DNA of 64,000 nucleotides from Faecalimonas sp. (lineage in GTDB: Bacteria > Bacillota > Clostridia > Lachnospirales > Lachnospiraceae). This document shows positions 28,041-37,453 of this stretch, piece by piece. The position numbers and the translations under genes are program-made. The notes under the pieces are model-generated. The model had not been told where the DNA came from. It saw nothing but the letters and a program-made list of their open reading frames with translations, and did no database searches. Within the stretch, counting starts at the first letter, position 1. The number at the start of each line of letters is the position of its first letter. The DNA is taken from assembly GCA_036311625.1 (NCBI GenBank), contig JAXJPN010000085.1, forward strand, positions 1,710 through 65,709, given 5' to 3'.

Positions 28041-29100
28041 AGAACAGCTGAGTGGGGATTATAGAGAAACGTTTGAATGGGTGGATATTTATTGTAATCC
28101 ATTGCAGATAGACGAGAAAATAAAAGATGAAAGACTGATGGAGCTTTACGACCTTTTGGTAGAGGCGGAACATAACGGGAAGCCGGCAGAGAAGATTGTA
28201 GGCAGAGATTTGGAGTTGTTTTGTAAAAACTTTTTTGCCGAAGATGCTAGGAAATATAGACTTAAAGATTTTTTGAATAGTATATACCGAATTGCTTTTG
28301 GATTCTTGATTATTTCTATTATAGATGTAATTTGGTCAGAGAACCGGATAGATATTGTGCCGTTTTTGGTTGGTATATCGGCAGGGTTGTTGTTAGATGT
28401 GATTGCAAAATATTTTTTACAACCAATCGCGCTCAAAAAGAAGATGAAGCCTATCATTTATTATCTCATAATCATGGGACTTTTCCTGTGCATTGTTGTA
28501 CTTGTGGGATTTGTGTGTCTTACGATACAATATGAAATTGCAATAGGGTCACGCATGCTGCTGGCGGTTACGGGAAGTTATGTGGTGATTTATCTGGTGG
28601 TTCGTTCTGTTATGAGATATCGGCATCATGGAAATATCAGGAGCGCAGATTGGGAAGGCAAGAAAATGGTAAAAGAATTTAATAGAGAGGTGGAGAACGC
28701 AGGCCTTATAGTTCCGTCAGCAAAGGGCTTGGCAGCGCAATTTAAGCGTATCCGTAAAAGAAAGCAAAAAAAGGGTGTTGATTATACCTTTGCAGAGTAT
28801 GCGGAAAAAGTTCGCAAGGCGAAGGGAATAAACAGGTGGGTTGATATTGGAATGCCTATTTTTGTTGCATTGCTTGTTCTGGGGCCATCTATTGACATTA
28901 TGCTTGATGAAACTATTTGGGATGGCTTGTTCTTTATGGCAGTTATGGCAGTTGTAGAATTTTTTGTTTGTCGGTTTTTCTGTCGTTCGGGTCATAATCT
29001 GACTGATTTGCAAATAAAAATTGTCGATGAATGTGAAGAAAAAGGTATTGATATTTTGGAGTACATAGGGGAGAAGGAGACGTACAATGAACAACAATAA
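28018..29100 (+). CDS. Membrane protein with DUF1048-like N-terminus, paralogue 2
   Basis: Colinear homologue of 26919-27995 (MLDT.NMA.QL; FLQP.ALKKKMKPI; IxDECEEKGIDIL). Confidence 0.7.
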   Translation: MLDTVNMAEQLSGDYRETFEWVDIYCNPLQIDEKIKDERLMELYDLLVEAEHNGKPAEKIVGRDLELFCKNFFAEDARKYRLKDFLNSIYRIAFGFLIISIIDVIWSENRIDIVPFLVGISAGLLLDVIAKYFLQPIALKKKMKPIIYYLIIMGLFLCIVVLVGFVCLTIQYEIAIGSRMLLAVTGSYVVIYLVVRSVMRYRHHGNIRSADWEGKKMVKEFNREVENAGLIVPSAKGLAAQFKRIRKRKQKKGVDYTFAEYAEKVRKAKGINRWVDIGMPIFVALLVLGPSIDIMLDETIWDGLFFMAVMAVVEFFVCRFFCRSGHNLTDLQIKIVDECEEKGIDILEYIGEKETYNEQQ

Positions 29101-30109
29101 CGAAATTATCATATATACTACCGATGATGGTATAACTAAGGTCGAGACTACCTTTGATGGAGATACTGTATGGTTATCACTCGACCAGATGGCAGAGCTT
29201 TTCCAAAGGGACAAGTCCACAGTGTCTCGCCATATTAAGAATATTTTTTCTGAGGGTGAATTGAATAAAGCACTGGTTGTTGCAAAATTTGCAACAACCA
29301 CTCAGCATGGTGCTATTGAGGGGAAAACACAGACTCATATGACAGAATTTTACAATCTTGATGTTATTATCTCTGTCGGCTACCGTGTAAAGTCAATTCG
29401 TGGTACACAATTCAGAATATGGGCATCGTCTATTCTAAAAGAGTATATGCGAAAAGGCTTTGCTATGGATGATGAGCGTCTAAAAGGCAATGGTGGAGGT
29501 GCGTACTGGAAAGAATTACTTGATCGAATTAGGGATATTCGTTCTTCTGAAAAGGTACTGTATAGGCAAGTGCTCGACCTCTATGCCACAAGTGTGGATT
29601 ATAATCCGCAAGCAGATGAATCCATACAGTTTTTTAAAATCGTGCAGAATAAACTTCATTTTGCAGCACATGGACACACGGCTGCTGAGGTTATCTATGA
29701 ACGTGCTGATGCTGAAAAGCCTTTTATGGGACTTACTACTTTTTCCGGTGAGCTGCCGGTATTAAAGGATATTAGTATTGCAAAGAATTATTTGATGGAG
29801 AGTGAATTAAAGGTTTTAAATAACCTTGTTTCCGGTTATTTCGATTTGGCAGAAATCAATGCAATCGAGCATAAACCAATGTATATGAGTGACTATGTCC
29901 AGCAACTTGATTCCATTCTTTCCTCAGGCAATCGCAAACTGCTTCAGGGTGCGGGCACAGTCAGCCATGCACAGGCAATCGCAAAAGCGGAATCTGAATA
30001 TAGAAAATATCAAGAAAAAACACTTTCTCCTGTGGAAGAGGCATATATATCTACACTTAAGTCTCTTGAAAAGGAAGCTAAATTACAGGAAAAGAAAAAC
30101 AAGTTCTAA
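29087..30109 (+). CDS. RhuM-family protein
   Basis: TVWLSLDQMAELFQ, YNLDVIISVGYRVKS.RGTQFR.WA, RIRDIRSSEK, VQNKLHFA. Confidence 0.9.
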   Translation: MNNNNEIIIYTTDDGITKVETTFDGDTVWLSLDQMAELFQRDKSTVSRHIKNIFSEGELNKALVVAKFATTTQHGAIEGKTQTHMTEFYNLDVIISVGYRVKSIRGTQFRIWASSILKEYMRKGFAMDDERLKGNGGGAYWKELLDRIRDIRSSEKVLYRQVLDLYATSVDYNPQADESIQFFKIVQNKLHFAAHGHTAAEVIYERADAEKPFMGLTTFSGELPVLKDISIAKNYLMESELKVLNNLVSGYFDLAEINAIEHKPMYMSDYVQQLDSILSSGNRKLLQGAGTVSHAQAIAKAESEYRKYQEKTLSPVEEAYISTLKSLEKEAKLQEKKNKF

Positions 30110-30167
30110 ATATATTTAACTGCTTGACGAATCTCCACGCAAGATTTATAATACACCTATATTTGAA

Positions 30168-30386
30168 AAGCGAAGACGGAACAAGTAACTATATGGAAGT
30201 AGCCAGAGAGAGGGACATTTGCTGAGAGCCCCTTATATGAATGTATAGTGAAGACCACTCCCGAGCTGTGCGCGATAAGCGTCACCGTATTTCTGCGTTA
30301 AAGAATTCGAGTGAAAGACTAAGGTGGGACCGTGTGTTAGATGTGACGCACCCTTAGGCAATAGAAGATTGCCTAAGGGTGTTTCT
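30168..30386 (+). ncRNA. T-box riboswitch (Thr specifier)
   Basis: Promoter TTGACG(30124)-N17-TATAAT; AGAGA and GCTGAG loops, specifier ACC at 30254, T-box AAGGTGGGACCGTG (30321), terminator CACCCTTAGGCAAT/ATTGCCTAAGGGTG. Confidence 0.93.
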
Positions 30387-30528
30387 TACTTTATAGTGTA
30401 ACTATAAAGTAAGAAAGTGCACTGCATGCAAACGATGCGCAGCTCGCAGTAAGGTTATTATTGCTACGCAATCTGCTCGCGCGCAAGAGTTTGCAAGCAA
30501 ACTCTTATTTACATGCGTTGAGAACACC
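30382..30528. repeat. Nested palindromic REP-like insert in the thrS leader
   Basis: Perfect IRs TTTCTTACTTTATAG/CTATAAAGTAAGAAA (30382-30416) and AAGAGTTTGC/GCAAACTCTT (30485-30506). Confidence 0.55.
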
Positions 30529-30557
30529 ATCATTGTAATCAAATAGGAGGGAAAGAG

Positions 30558-32522
30558 ATGAAAGTAATTTTAAAAGATGGTACAAGTATGGAAGTTAACA
30601 ACGGAGTTTCTGTTCTTGAGGTCGCAAAGACAATCAGCGAAGGACTTGCAAGAGCAGCCTGTGCAGCAAAGGTGAATGGAGAAGTTGTAGATTTAAGAAC
30701 CGAGTTAGACGAGGATGCCGAGTTAGAGATTCTCACATTTAGAGATGATGAAGGCAAGAAGGCATTTCGCCACACAGCATCGCACATTATGGCGCAGGCA
30801 GTAAAGCGCTTGTATCCGGATACAAAGCTTGCAATCGGACCGTCAATTGAAGACGGATTCTACTATGACTTTGACAGAGAGACTGCATTTTCGCAGGAAG
30901 AACTGTCAGATATTGAAAAAGAAATGAAGAGGATTGTGAAAGAAAATCTCAAGTTGGAAAAATTCGAACTTCCGAGAGAAGAAGCAATCAAATTTATGGA
31001 AGGGAAGGAAGAACCATATAAAGTGGAGTTGATTCAGGATCTTCCGGAGGATGCTGTGATTTCTTTCTACAAACAAGGCGAATTTACGGATCTTTGTGCA
31101 GGACCACATTTGATGAGCACAAAAGGGGTGAAGGCATTTAAGCTGATTTCTTCTTCGATGGCTTACTGGAGGGGAGATTCCAATAAGGCACAGCTTCAGA
31201 GAATCTATGCAACCGCGTACGACAACAAGGAAGATTTGGCAGTTCACATGGAGCGTTTGGAAGACATTAAGAAGCGTGACCATAACCGACTTGGCCGTGA
31301 GATGGAATTGTTCACAACTGTCGATGTAATCGGACAGGGACTTCCGCTGATGCTTCCAAGAGGAACAAAGATGATTATGAAACTCCAGAGATGGATTGAG
31401 GATTTGGAAGACAAAGAGTGGGGCTATGTGCGTACAAAGACTCCGCTTATGGCAAAATCGGACCTCTATAAGATATCGGGGCACTGGGATCACTATCAAG
31501 ATGGTATGTTTGTACTTGGTGATGAAAAGGTGGATAAAGAAGTATTTGCACTTCGTCCGATGACCTGCCCATTCCAATACTATGTATACAAAAACTCACA
31601 GAAATCGTATCGCGACCTTCCATACAGAATGGGTGAGACCTCTACCTTATTCCGTAATGAAGATTCGGGAGAGATGCATGGCCTTACCCGTGTGCGTCAG
31701 TTCACGATTTCTGAGGGACACAATGTGATTCGCCCGGATCAGGCAGAAGAAGAATTACAGAACTGCTTGAACCTTGCAATTCATATTTTGACAACACTTG
31801 GATTGCAGGATGAGGTGACTTACCGTTTGTCAAAATGGGATCCGGAAAACAAGACAAAATATCTTGGTGATGAAGCATATTGGGAAAGCACACAAGATGC
31901 ACTTCGCCAGATTTTGGTAGAAAAAGGAATTAACTTCACCGAAGCAGACGGTGAAGCAGCATTCTACGGACCAAAGATTGATATTCAGGCAAAGAATGTA
32001 TATGGTAAAGAAGATACCATGATTACCATTCAATTGGACTGCGCAATCGCTGAGAAATTCGATATGTACTACATCGACCAGAATGGTGCAAAGGTTCGCC
32101 CTTATATTATCCACAGAACATCACTTGGCTGCTATGAGAGAACCCTTGCTTGGTTGATTGAAAAGTATGCGGGCAAATTCCCGACTTGGTTATGTCCGGA
32201 GCAGGTACGTATCCTTCCGATTTCAGAGAAGTATGCAGACTATGCAGAGCAGGTTCGCAAGGAGCTTGCAAGAAATGATGTGGATGTCACAGTGGATAAT
32301 CGTTCCGAGAAGATTGGTTACAAGATTCGCGATGCGAGACTTTCGAGATTGCCGTATATGTTGATTGTCGGCGAGAAGGAAGAGGCGGAAGGACTTGTTT
32401 CTGTCAGAAGCCGTTTTGCAGGTGATGAGGGACAAAAGCCGATTGCAGAGTTTGTAGAGCAGATTTGCAAGGAGATTCGCACGAAGGAGATTCGCGAGGA
32501 AGTGCAGCAAGAGGAGAAATAA
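30558..32522 (+). CDS. thrS: Threonyl-tRNA synthetase
   Basis: TGS domain, RHTASH, DLCAGPH, RDHNRLG, LRPMTCP, AAFYGPKID. Confidence 0.98.
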   Translation: MKVILKDGTSMEVNNGVSVLEVAKTISEGLARAACAAKVNGEVVDLRTELDEDAELEILTFRDDEGKKAFRHTASHIMAQAVKRLYPDTKLAIGPSIEDGFYYDFDRETAFSQEELSDIEKEMKRIVKENLKLEKFELPREEAIKFMEGKEEPYKVELIQDLPEDAVISFYKQGEFTDLCAGPHLMSTKGVKAFKLISSSMAYWRGDSNKAQLQRIYATAYDNKEDLAVHMERLEDIKKRDHNRLGREMELFTTVDVIGQGLPLMLPRGTKMIMKLQRWIEDLEDKEWGYVRTKTPLMAKSDLYKISGHWDHYQDGMFVLGDEKVDKEVFALRPMTCPFQYYVYKNSQKSYRDLPYRMGETSTLFRNEDSGEMHGLTRVRQFTISEGHNVIRPDQAEEELQNCLNLAIHILTTLGLQDEVTYRLSKWDPENKTKYLGDEAYWESTQDALRQILVEKGINFTEADGEAAFYGPKIDIQAKNVYGKEDTMITIQLDCAIAEKFDMYYIDQNGAKVRPYIIHRTSLGCYERTLAWLIEKYAGKFPTWLCPEQVRILPISEKYADYAEQVRKELARNDVDVTVDNRSEKIGYKIRDARLSRLPYMLIVGEKEEAEGLVSVRSRFAGDEGQKPIAEFVEQICKEIRTKEIREEVQQEEK

Positions 32523-32535
32523 GAGGTGATAAATG

Positions 32536-32569
32536 AAAACACTATCGAGAAAAATCTCGATAGTGTTTT
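32536..32569. terminator. Bidirectional terminator between thrS and parE
   Basis: AAAACACTATCGAGA/TCTCGATAGTGTTTT perfect IR. Confidence 0.8.
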
Positions 32570-32574
32570 TGATA

Positions 32575-32922
32575 TTATGATATGTTTTTCGGATATGTAT
32601 ATTCCTGAGTATTTGATAAAAGTGGTTTCCAGTTCCGTTCTTCTCTTAACACTCTCAGAATATGAATTTGGTTTTTGAGTTTGTCAACGATATAAAAAAT
32701 AATAGAGGGAGGAAACGGTTTTTTATAAATCATAAGGTTTCTATAAAAGATAAACGTTTTCCCAAAAGCACCTGCTATAATTTTTAGACTTTCCAATTGA
32801 GATTTCATATCGTCTTGAAAGTGGTCCGCTCGCGTTTTGCCAAAAGCAGATTCGATATAATCGGTTATTTCGGCAATGTCATAAATGGCCTCCCATGTTA
32901 ATAATACTTTAGGTTCTTGCAT
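32575..32922 (-). CDS. RelE/ParE-family toxin
   Basis: VLLTWEAIYDIAEITDYI...IIFYIVD...IHILRVL, a ParE pattern. Confidence 0.8.
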   Translation of the reverse strand: MQEPKVLLTWEAIYDIAEITDYIESAFGKTRADHFQDDMKSQLESLKIIAGAFGKTFIFYRNLMIYKKPFPPSIIFYIVDKLKNQIHILRVLREERNWKPLLSNTQEYTYPKNIS

Positions 32923-33064
32923 TTCTCCTAGAGTCTCTTAAACTTTCTATTTTTTGAAATGCCTCTTTTAAAGGCAATTCTCTTCCGGCTTCCATATCAT
33001 CAATTCCTCTATCGAGCTTCGCAAGAATATTTGTTTCATTTTGTTGGTTTGTGGTTTCTATCAT
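32909..33064 (-). CDS. Putative 51-aa antitoxin (not in ORF track)
   Basis: RBS GAGGAG; MIETTNQQNETNILAKLDRGIDDMEAGRELPLKEAFQKIESLRDSRRNART; overlaps the toxin start by 14 nt. Confidence 0.75.
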   Translation of the reverse strand: MIETTNQQNETNILAKLDRGIDDMEAGRELPLKEAFQKIESLRDSRRNART

Positions 33065-33416
33065 AATATTCTCCTCAATCCTAAATAATAGTATTTCCGG
33101 TTACCATCATTGTAACACAGACTGTGAGTCACAACAACAGATTTTCACAATCATAGGCATCACTTCCTTGTTTTGATTTCATCAATTTGAATTCGCTGGT
33201 AGAAATACCATGAACTTCTGATACCTTGAAAAGGTAAAAGTGACCTTTGAATGAGTGGCATACTCGAGTCACGCTTGATGTGTAAGTATCATAACATAAT
33301 GCGGATGTGCGTGCAATAAAAGTTTCTGTTTATCAAAAACTTTTATTATAGTATTTTCCTTTTTTTGTAAATGGTGTATAATTATGCACAGATATAATTT
33401 CGGAGGAATACAAGTT

Positions 33417-34220
33417 ATGAGTACGAAAAAATTAGGATTTATCGGTTGTGGTAATATGGCATCAGCCATTATGGGCGGCATTTTAAAGCAAGGTTTAATG
33501 GAAGCTTCGGATATCATCGGAGCAGATGTGTTTGCACCGAGTAGAGAGAAGGTAAAAGCGGAGCTTGGGATTGTGATTGCTGAGAATAATAAGGAAGTGG
33601 TGGAGCAGGCAGAGGTATTTGTGCTGTCTGTGAAGCCGCAGTTTTATGCAGAGGTGATTGCAGAGATTAAGGACAGTGTTCGCGATGGGCAAGTCATCAT
33701 TACACTTGCGCCGGGAAAGACTTTGGCTTGGCTTGAGGAACAATTTGGCAAAGCGGTGAAGCTTGTACGCACAATGCCGAACACCCCTGCAATGGTGCTG
33801 GAAGGTATGACAGCTGCTTGTCCGAACCAGTATGTGACGGAAGAAGAGCTTACCTATGCTTGCGAGATTTTGCGTTCGTTTGGTGATGTGGAAGTGGTAC
33901 CGGAAAAGATGATTGATGCAGTGGTTGCAGTGAGCGGCAGTTCGCCGGCTTATGTGTATATGCTGATTGAGGCGATGGCGGATGCAGCGGTTGCAGAAGG
34001 GATGCCGCGTGATAAGGCAATCAAGTTTGCCGCAAAGGCTGTGCTTGGCAGTGCGAAGATGGTGTTGGAGACAGGCAGACATCCGGGTGAGCTGAAGGAT
34101 ATGGTATGTTCACCGGGCGGTACGACGATTGAGGCGGTAAAGGTGTTGGAAGAAACTGGTTTTCGAGGTTCCATTATGCAGGCGATGGAGGTCTGTGCGG
34201 AGAAATCACGCAGTTTGTAG
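33417..34220 (+). CDS. proC: Pyrroline-5-carboxylate reductase
   Basis: GFIGCGNM, VKPQ, RTMPNTP, SGSSPAY, VCSPGGTT. Confidence 0.96.
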   Translation: MSTKKLGFIGCGNMASAIMGGILKQGLMEASDIIGADVFAPSREKVKAELGIVIAENNKEVVEQAEVFVLSVKPQFYAEVIAEIKDSVRDGQVIITLAPGKTLAWLEEQFGKAVKLVRTMPNTPAMVLEGMTAACPNQYVTEEELTYACEILRSFGDVEVVPEKMIDAVVAVSGSSPAYVYMLIEAMADAAVAEGMPRDKAIKFAAKAVLGSAKMVLETGRHPGELKDMVCSPGGTTIEAVKVLEETGFRGSIMQAMEVCAEKSRSL

Positions 34221-34256
34221 GCTTTGCTCTATGAAAAATAATAGGGAGAATGCAAG

Positions 34257-35441
34257 ATGAAAAGATGCTTGACAGTTGTGCTCCTAGTGCTCAGCTTGAG
34301 CTTGTGTGGGTGCTCGTATTTTGAATATGTTACACCTGAATTGGAAGAGCAGCCCTCCGAGACAGAAGCTGTTGTGCGTGAGGAGTTGGATGAGGGAGAT
34401 ATCTATCCTTTCTACAATTCTCTTACAAACTGGGAAAAGAATGTTTACATAAAGATATGTGACGCAATCGAGAATTTTGAGACAGAAGGATTCCAGATTG
34501 ATGCATATGACAGCAAAGCAGAATGTGATGAGGCGATAGAACGCATAGAGGACATTTATGCGATGCTGGTGTATGAACACCCAGAGTATTTCTGGGTGAA
34601 TTTGAGCGAGTACCAGACCGAGATTTGGAGCAGGGGCGAGCGGTATTATCTCAAGTTAAAGATGAGCTACCTCATGGATGAGGCAGAAGCAGAAGCAAAG
34701 CAGGATGAGTTGAATCTTGCAGTAGATAGGATTGTGCAGGGGGCACAGATGCAGGCGAATACATTCGAGCGTGTCCTGTATGTATATGACGAGATTTTGA
34801 AAAATGTTGTGTATGATGAGGCTTTGGTGGTAAGTACAGAGACAGCAGAAGTCGGACGCTCTGCTTATGGTTGTCTGGTGCAAGGTAAGACGGTGTGCAG
34901 TGGGTACAGTCTGGCGTTTAATCTGATTATGCAGAAGCTTGGCTATCAAGTGGGGGCAGAGTTTGATGTGCACTGCGAGACTGAGCTTGCGCAGGGACAT
35001 GTCTGGAACTATGCGAAGCTGGACGGCGAGTATTATTACTTTGATTTGACTTGGGATGACATTGCGATGTCCGCACAAGAGGGTGTTCCTTTTTCGGAGT
35101 ATACACACCAATATTTTGGCATTACGAAGGAGGAGCTACGTGCGACGCATGACCTTTCTGAGAAGGTGATGACACCGCCTTGTTTGGGGACAACATATGA
35201 TTATTTTAAATTCCGAAATTTATACACCGATGTCTATGATTATAAGGTCGTAAAGCAGATTTTGCGTGGCCAAGAGGGACAGAAGATGCTTGCTGTCAAA
35301 TTTGGCAGTCAGGAAGAGTGTGCGAGGGCGGAGCAGGATTTGATTGAGAATCAGAGAATTTTTGATATTTACAAAGATGCCGAGAGCTTTTATTATGTAA
35401 TGAGTGAATCAAAGAGGCATTTGTATATTATGTTTTCATAA
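34257..35441 (+). CDS. Transglutaminase-like domain lipoprotein
   Basis: Lipobox-like LSLCGC; triad VCSGYS, HVWN, FDLTWDD. Confidence 0.8.
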   Translation: MKRCLTVVLLVLSLSLCGCSYFEYVTPELEEQPSETEAVVREELDEGDIYPFYNSLTNWEKNVYIKICDAIENFETEGFQIDAYDSKAECDEAIERIEDIYAMLVYEHPEYFWVNLSEYQTEIWSRGERYYLKLKMSYLMDEAEAEAKQDELNLAVDRIVQGAQMQANTFERVLYVYDEILKNVVYDEALVVSTETAEVGRSAYGCLVQGKTVCSGYSLAFNLIMQKLGYQVGAEFDVHCETELAQGHVWNYAKLDGEYYYFDLTWDDIAMSAQEGVPFSEYTHQYFGITKEELRATHDLSEKVMTPPCLGTTYDYFKFRNLYTDVYDYKVVKQILRGQEGQKMLAVKFGSQEECARAEQDLIENQRIFDIYKDAESFYYVMSESKRHLYIMFS

Positions 35442-35471
35442 AATAAAAGGCATACGAAGGAGAAGGCAAGA

Positions 35472-36053
35472 ATGAAACTTTTAGAAGAGAGAATCCGAAA
35501 GGACGGATTGATTAAAGAAGGAAATGTGCTGAAGGTGGATAGTTTTCTGAATCACCAGATGGACATCGGGCTTTTTGAAGCGATGGGGGCAGAGTGGAAG
35601 CGCCGTTTTGCAGACAAACCAATCAATAAGATTCTTACGATAGAAGCATCGGGAATCGGAATCGCTTGTATTGCGGCAAGATATTTTGGAGTACCTGTGG
35701 TTTTTGCGAAGAAATCAAAGAGCATCAATATCGAGGGCGAAGTGTATGTGGCAGAGGTAGAGTCCTTCACGCACAGATGCAAGAATCAGGTGATTGTTTC
35801 CAAGAAGTTCCTTTCGCAGGAGGATCACGTCTTGGTTATTGATGATTTCTTGGCAAATGGTTGTGCCTTGCAGGGCTTGATTTCCATTGTAAATGCAGCC
35901 GGTGCGACGGTGGAGGGAATTGGAATCGCAGTTGAAAAAGGCTTCCAATCCGGTGGTCGTATTATTCGAAACTTGGGATATCAGTTGGAGTCGCTTGCCA
36001 TTGTAGAGAGTATGGATGAGGCGGGCAACATTTTGTTCCGTGAAGAGAACTAG
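35472..36053 (+). CDS. xpt: Xanthine phosphoribosyltransferase
   Basis: [25 protein letters not shown]. Confidence 0.95.
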   Translation: MKLLEERIRKDGLIKEGNVLKVDSFLNHQMDIGLFEAMGAEWKRRFADKPINKILTIEASGIGIACIAARYFGVPVVFAKKSKSINIEGEVYVAEVESFTHRCKNQVIVSKKFLSQEDHVLVIDDFLANGCALQGLISIVNAAGATVEGIGIAVEKGFQSGGRIIRNLGYQLESLAIVESMDEAGNILFREEN

Positions 36054-36078
36054 GGATACAAAAGAATGGTAGAGGTAC

Positions 36079-37413
36079 ATGAGGATGAAAGATAACAATA
36101 TAGCTATGAAGAATATTTATACTTTAGACGGAAAGGTTCCGTTTGGAAAGGCAGTGCCTTTTGGTTTACAGCACGTACTGGCGATGTTTGTTTCGAACAT
36201 TGCCCCGATTATTATTGTGGCGCAGGCCTGTGGTTTGGGTGCGACACAAAGTGCGAGCTTGATTCAGGTGGCGATGATGATTGCCGGCATTGGTACCTTG
36301 ATTCAATTGTTTCCGCTTTGGAAGGTGGGTTCCGGGCTTCCGGTGGTGATGGGAATCAGCTTTACTTTTGTGTCTGTGTTTACGGTAGTGGGGGCCCAAC
36401 ATGGATATAACGCCATTGTGGGTGCAGTTATGATTGGTGGTATGATAGAAGGTATTTTGGGACTCCTTGTCAAGTATTGGATTAAGCTGATTGCACCGAT
36501 TGTGTCTGCTTGTGTCGTGACAGCCATTGGTTTTTCGTTGTTGTCTGTGGGCGCCAATTCTTTTGGTGGAGGGGCAGGCAGTGAGAACTTCGGTTCTGCA
36601 AAGAACTGGATACTGGGCGGAGTGACCCTGCTGGCTTGTATCTTGTTTAATATATTTGCAAAGTCGTATTTTAAACAGTTGTCGGTTTTATTCGGTTTGG
36701 TGGTTGGTTATGTTGTGGCGCTCGCGATGGGAATGGTGGATTTCAGTGCATTCCAAGATGTAGGTGTTGTCTCACTTCCGCGCATTTTGCCGTTTAAGCC
36801 GGAATTTAATCTCAGTGCCATTGTCTCTGTGGTTTTGATTTTCATGGTGTCTGCGACGGAGACGATTGGAGATACCTCCGCGCTTGCGGCAGCAGGCTTG
36901 AATCGAGAGGCGACTACAAAAGAGATTTCGGGTTCGCTTAGCTGTGATGGATTTATCAGTGCACTTTCGGGATTGTTTGGATGTATGCCGATTACTTCCT
37001 TTAGCCAGAATGTAGGTCTGGTGGCGATGACGAAGGTGGTAAATCGCTATGCAATTGCAACTGGGGCAGGTATTATGATTCTTGCCGGTATCTTCCCGGC
37101 AGTCGGTGCGGCTTTAGCGACTTTGCCGGAGCCTGTGCTTGGCGGCTGTACCTTGATGATGTTTGGAACGATTGTGACAAGTGGTTTGCAGATGGTCAGC
37201 AAATGTGGATATAGCCAAAGAAACATCACGATTGCGGCGTTGACACTCAGTATCGGACTTGGTTTTACGCAAGTTCCGCAGCTGTTTGATATCTTCCCGC
37301 AGGTGATTCGAAGTGTATTTGCAGAAAATTGTGTGGCAGTTGTATTCTTGGTGGCGATTCTTTTGAACTTGGTTCTTCCAAAGAATATGGATGCTACGGA
37401 ACAGGCGGAGTAA
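36079..37413 (+). CDS. pbuX: Xanthine/uracil permease (NCS2)
   Basis: GLQHVLAMF, ETIGD, SFSQNVG signature; follows xpt. Confidence 0.88.
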   Translation: MRMKDNNIAMKNIYTLDGKVPFGKAVPFGLQHVLAMFVSNIAPIIIVAQACGLGATQSASLIQVAMMIAGIGTLIQLFPLWKVGSGLPVVMGISFTFVSVFTVVGAQHGYNAIVGAVMIGGMIEGILGLLVKYWIKLIAPIVSACVVTAIGFSLLSVGANSFGGGAGSENFGSAKNWILGGVTLLACILFNIFAKSYFKQLSVLFGLVVGYVVALAMGMVDFSAFQDVGVVSLPRILPFKPEFNLSAIVSVVLIFMVSATETIGDTSALAAAGLNREATTKEISGSLSCDGFISALSGLFGCMPITSFSQNVGLVAMTKVVNRYAIATGAGIMILAGIFPAVGAALATLPEPVLGGCTLMMFGTIVTSGLQMVSKCGYSQRNITIAALTLSIGLGFTQVPQLFDIFPQVIRSVFAENCVAVVFLVAILLNLVLPKNMDATEQAE

Positions 37414-37417
37414 GAAA

Positions 37418-37453
37418 AACCGGTTGAAGTGCAGACGAGCATTTCAACCGGTT
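37418..37453. terminator. Bidirectional terminator
   Basis: AACCGGTTGAAGTGC/GCATTTCAACCGGTT between convergent genes. Confidence 0.7.

Noticed and set aside
33140..33300. Possible small minus-strand ORF or gene remnant upstream of the TA pair
   Set aside because: Only short frames without a convincing RBS or recognisable motif.
35442..35471. Purine riboswitch expected upstream of xpt-pbuX
   Set aside because: Only 30 bp separate xpt from the upstream gene, and no aptamer sequence is visible.
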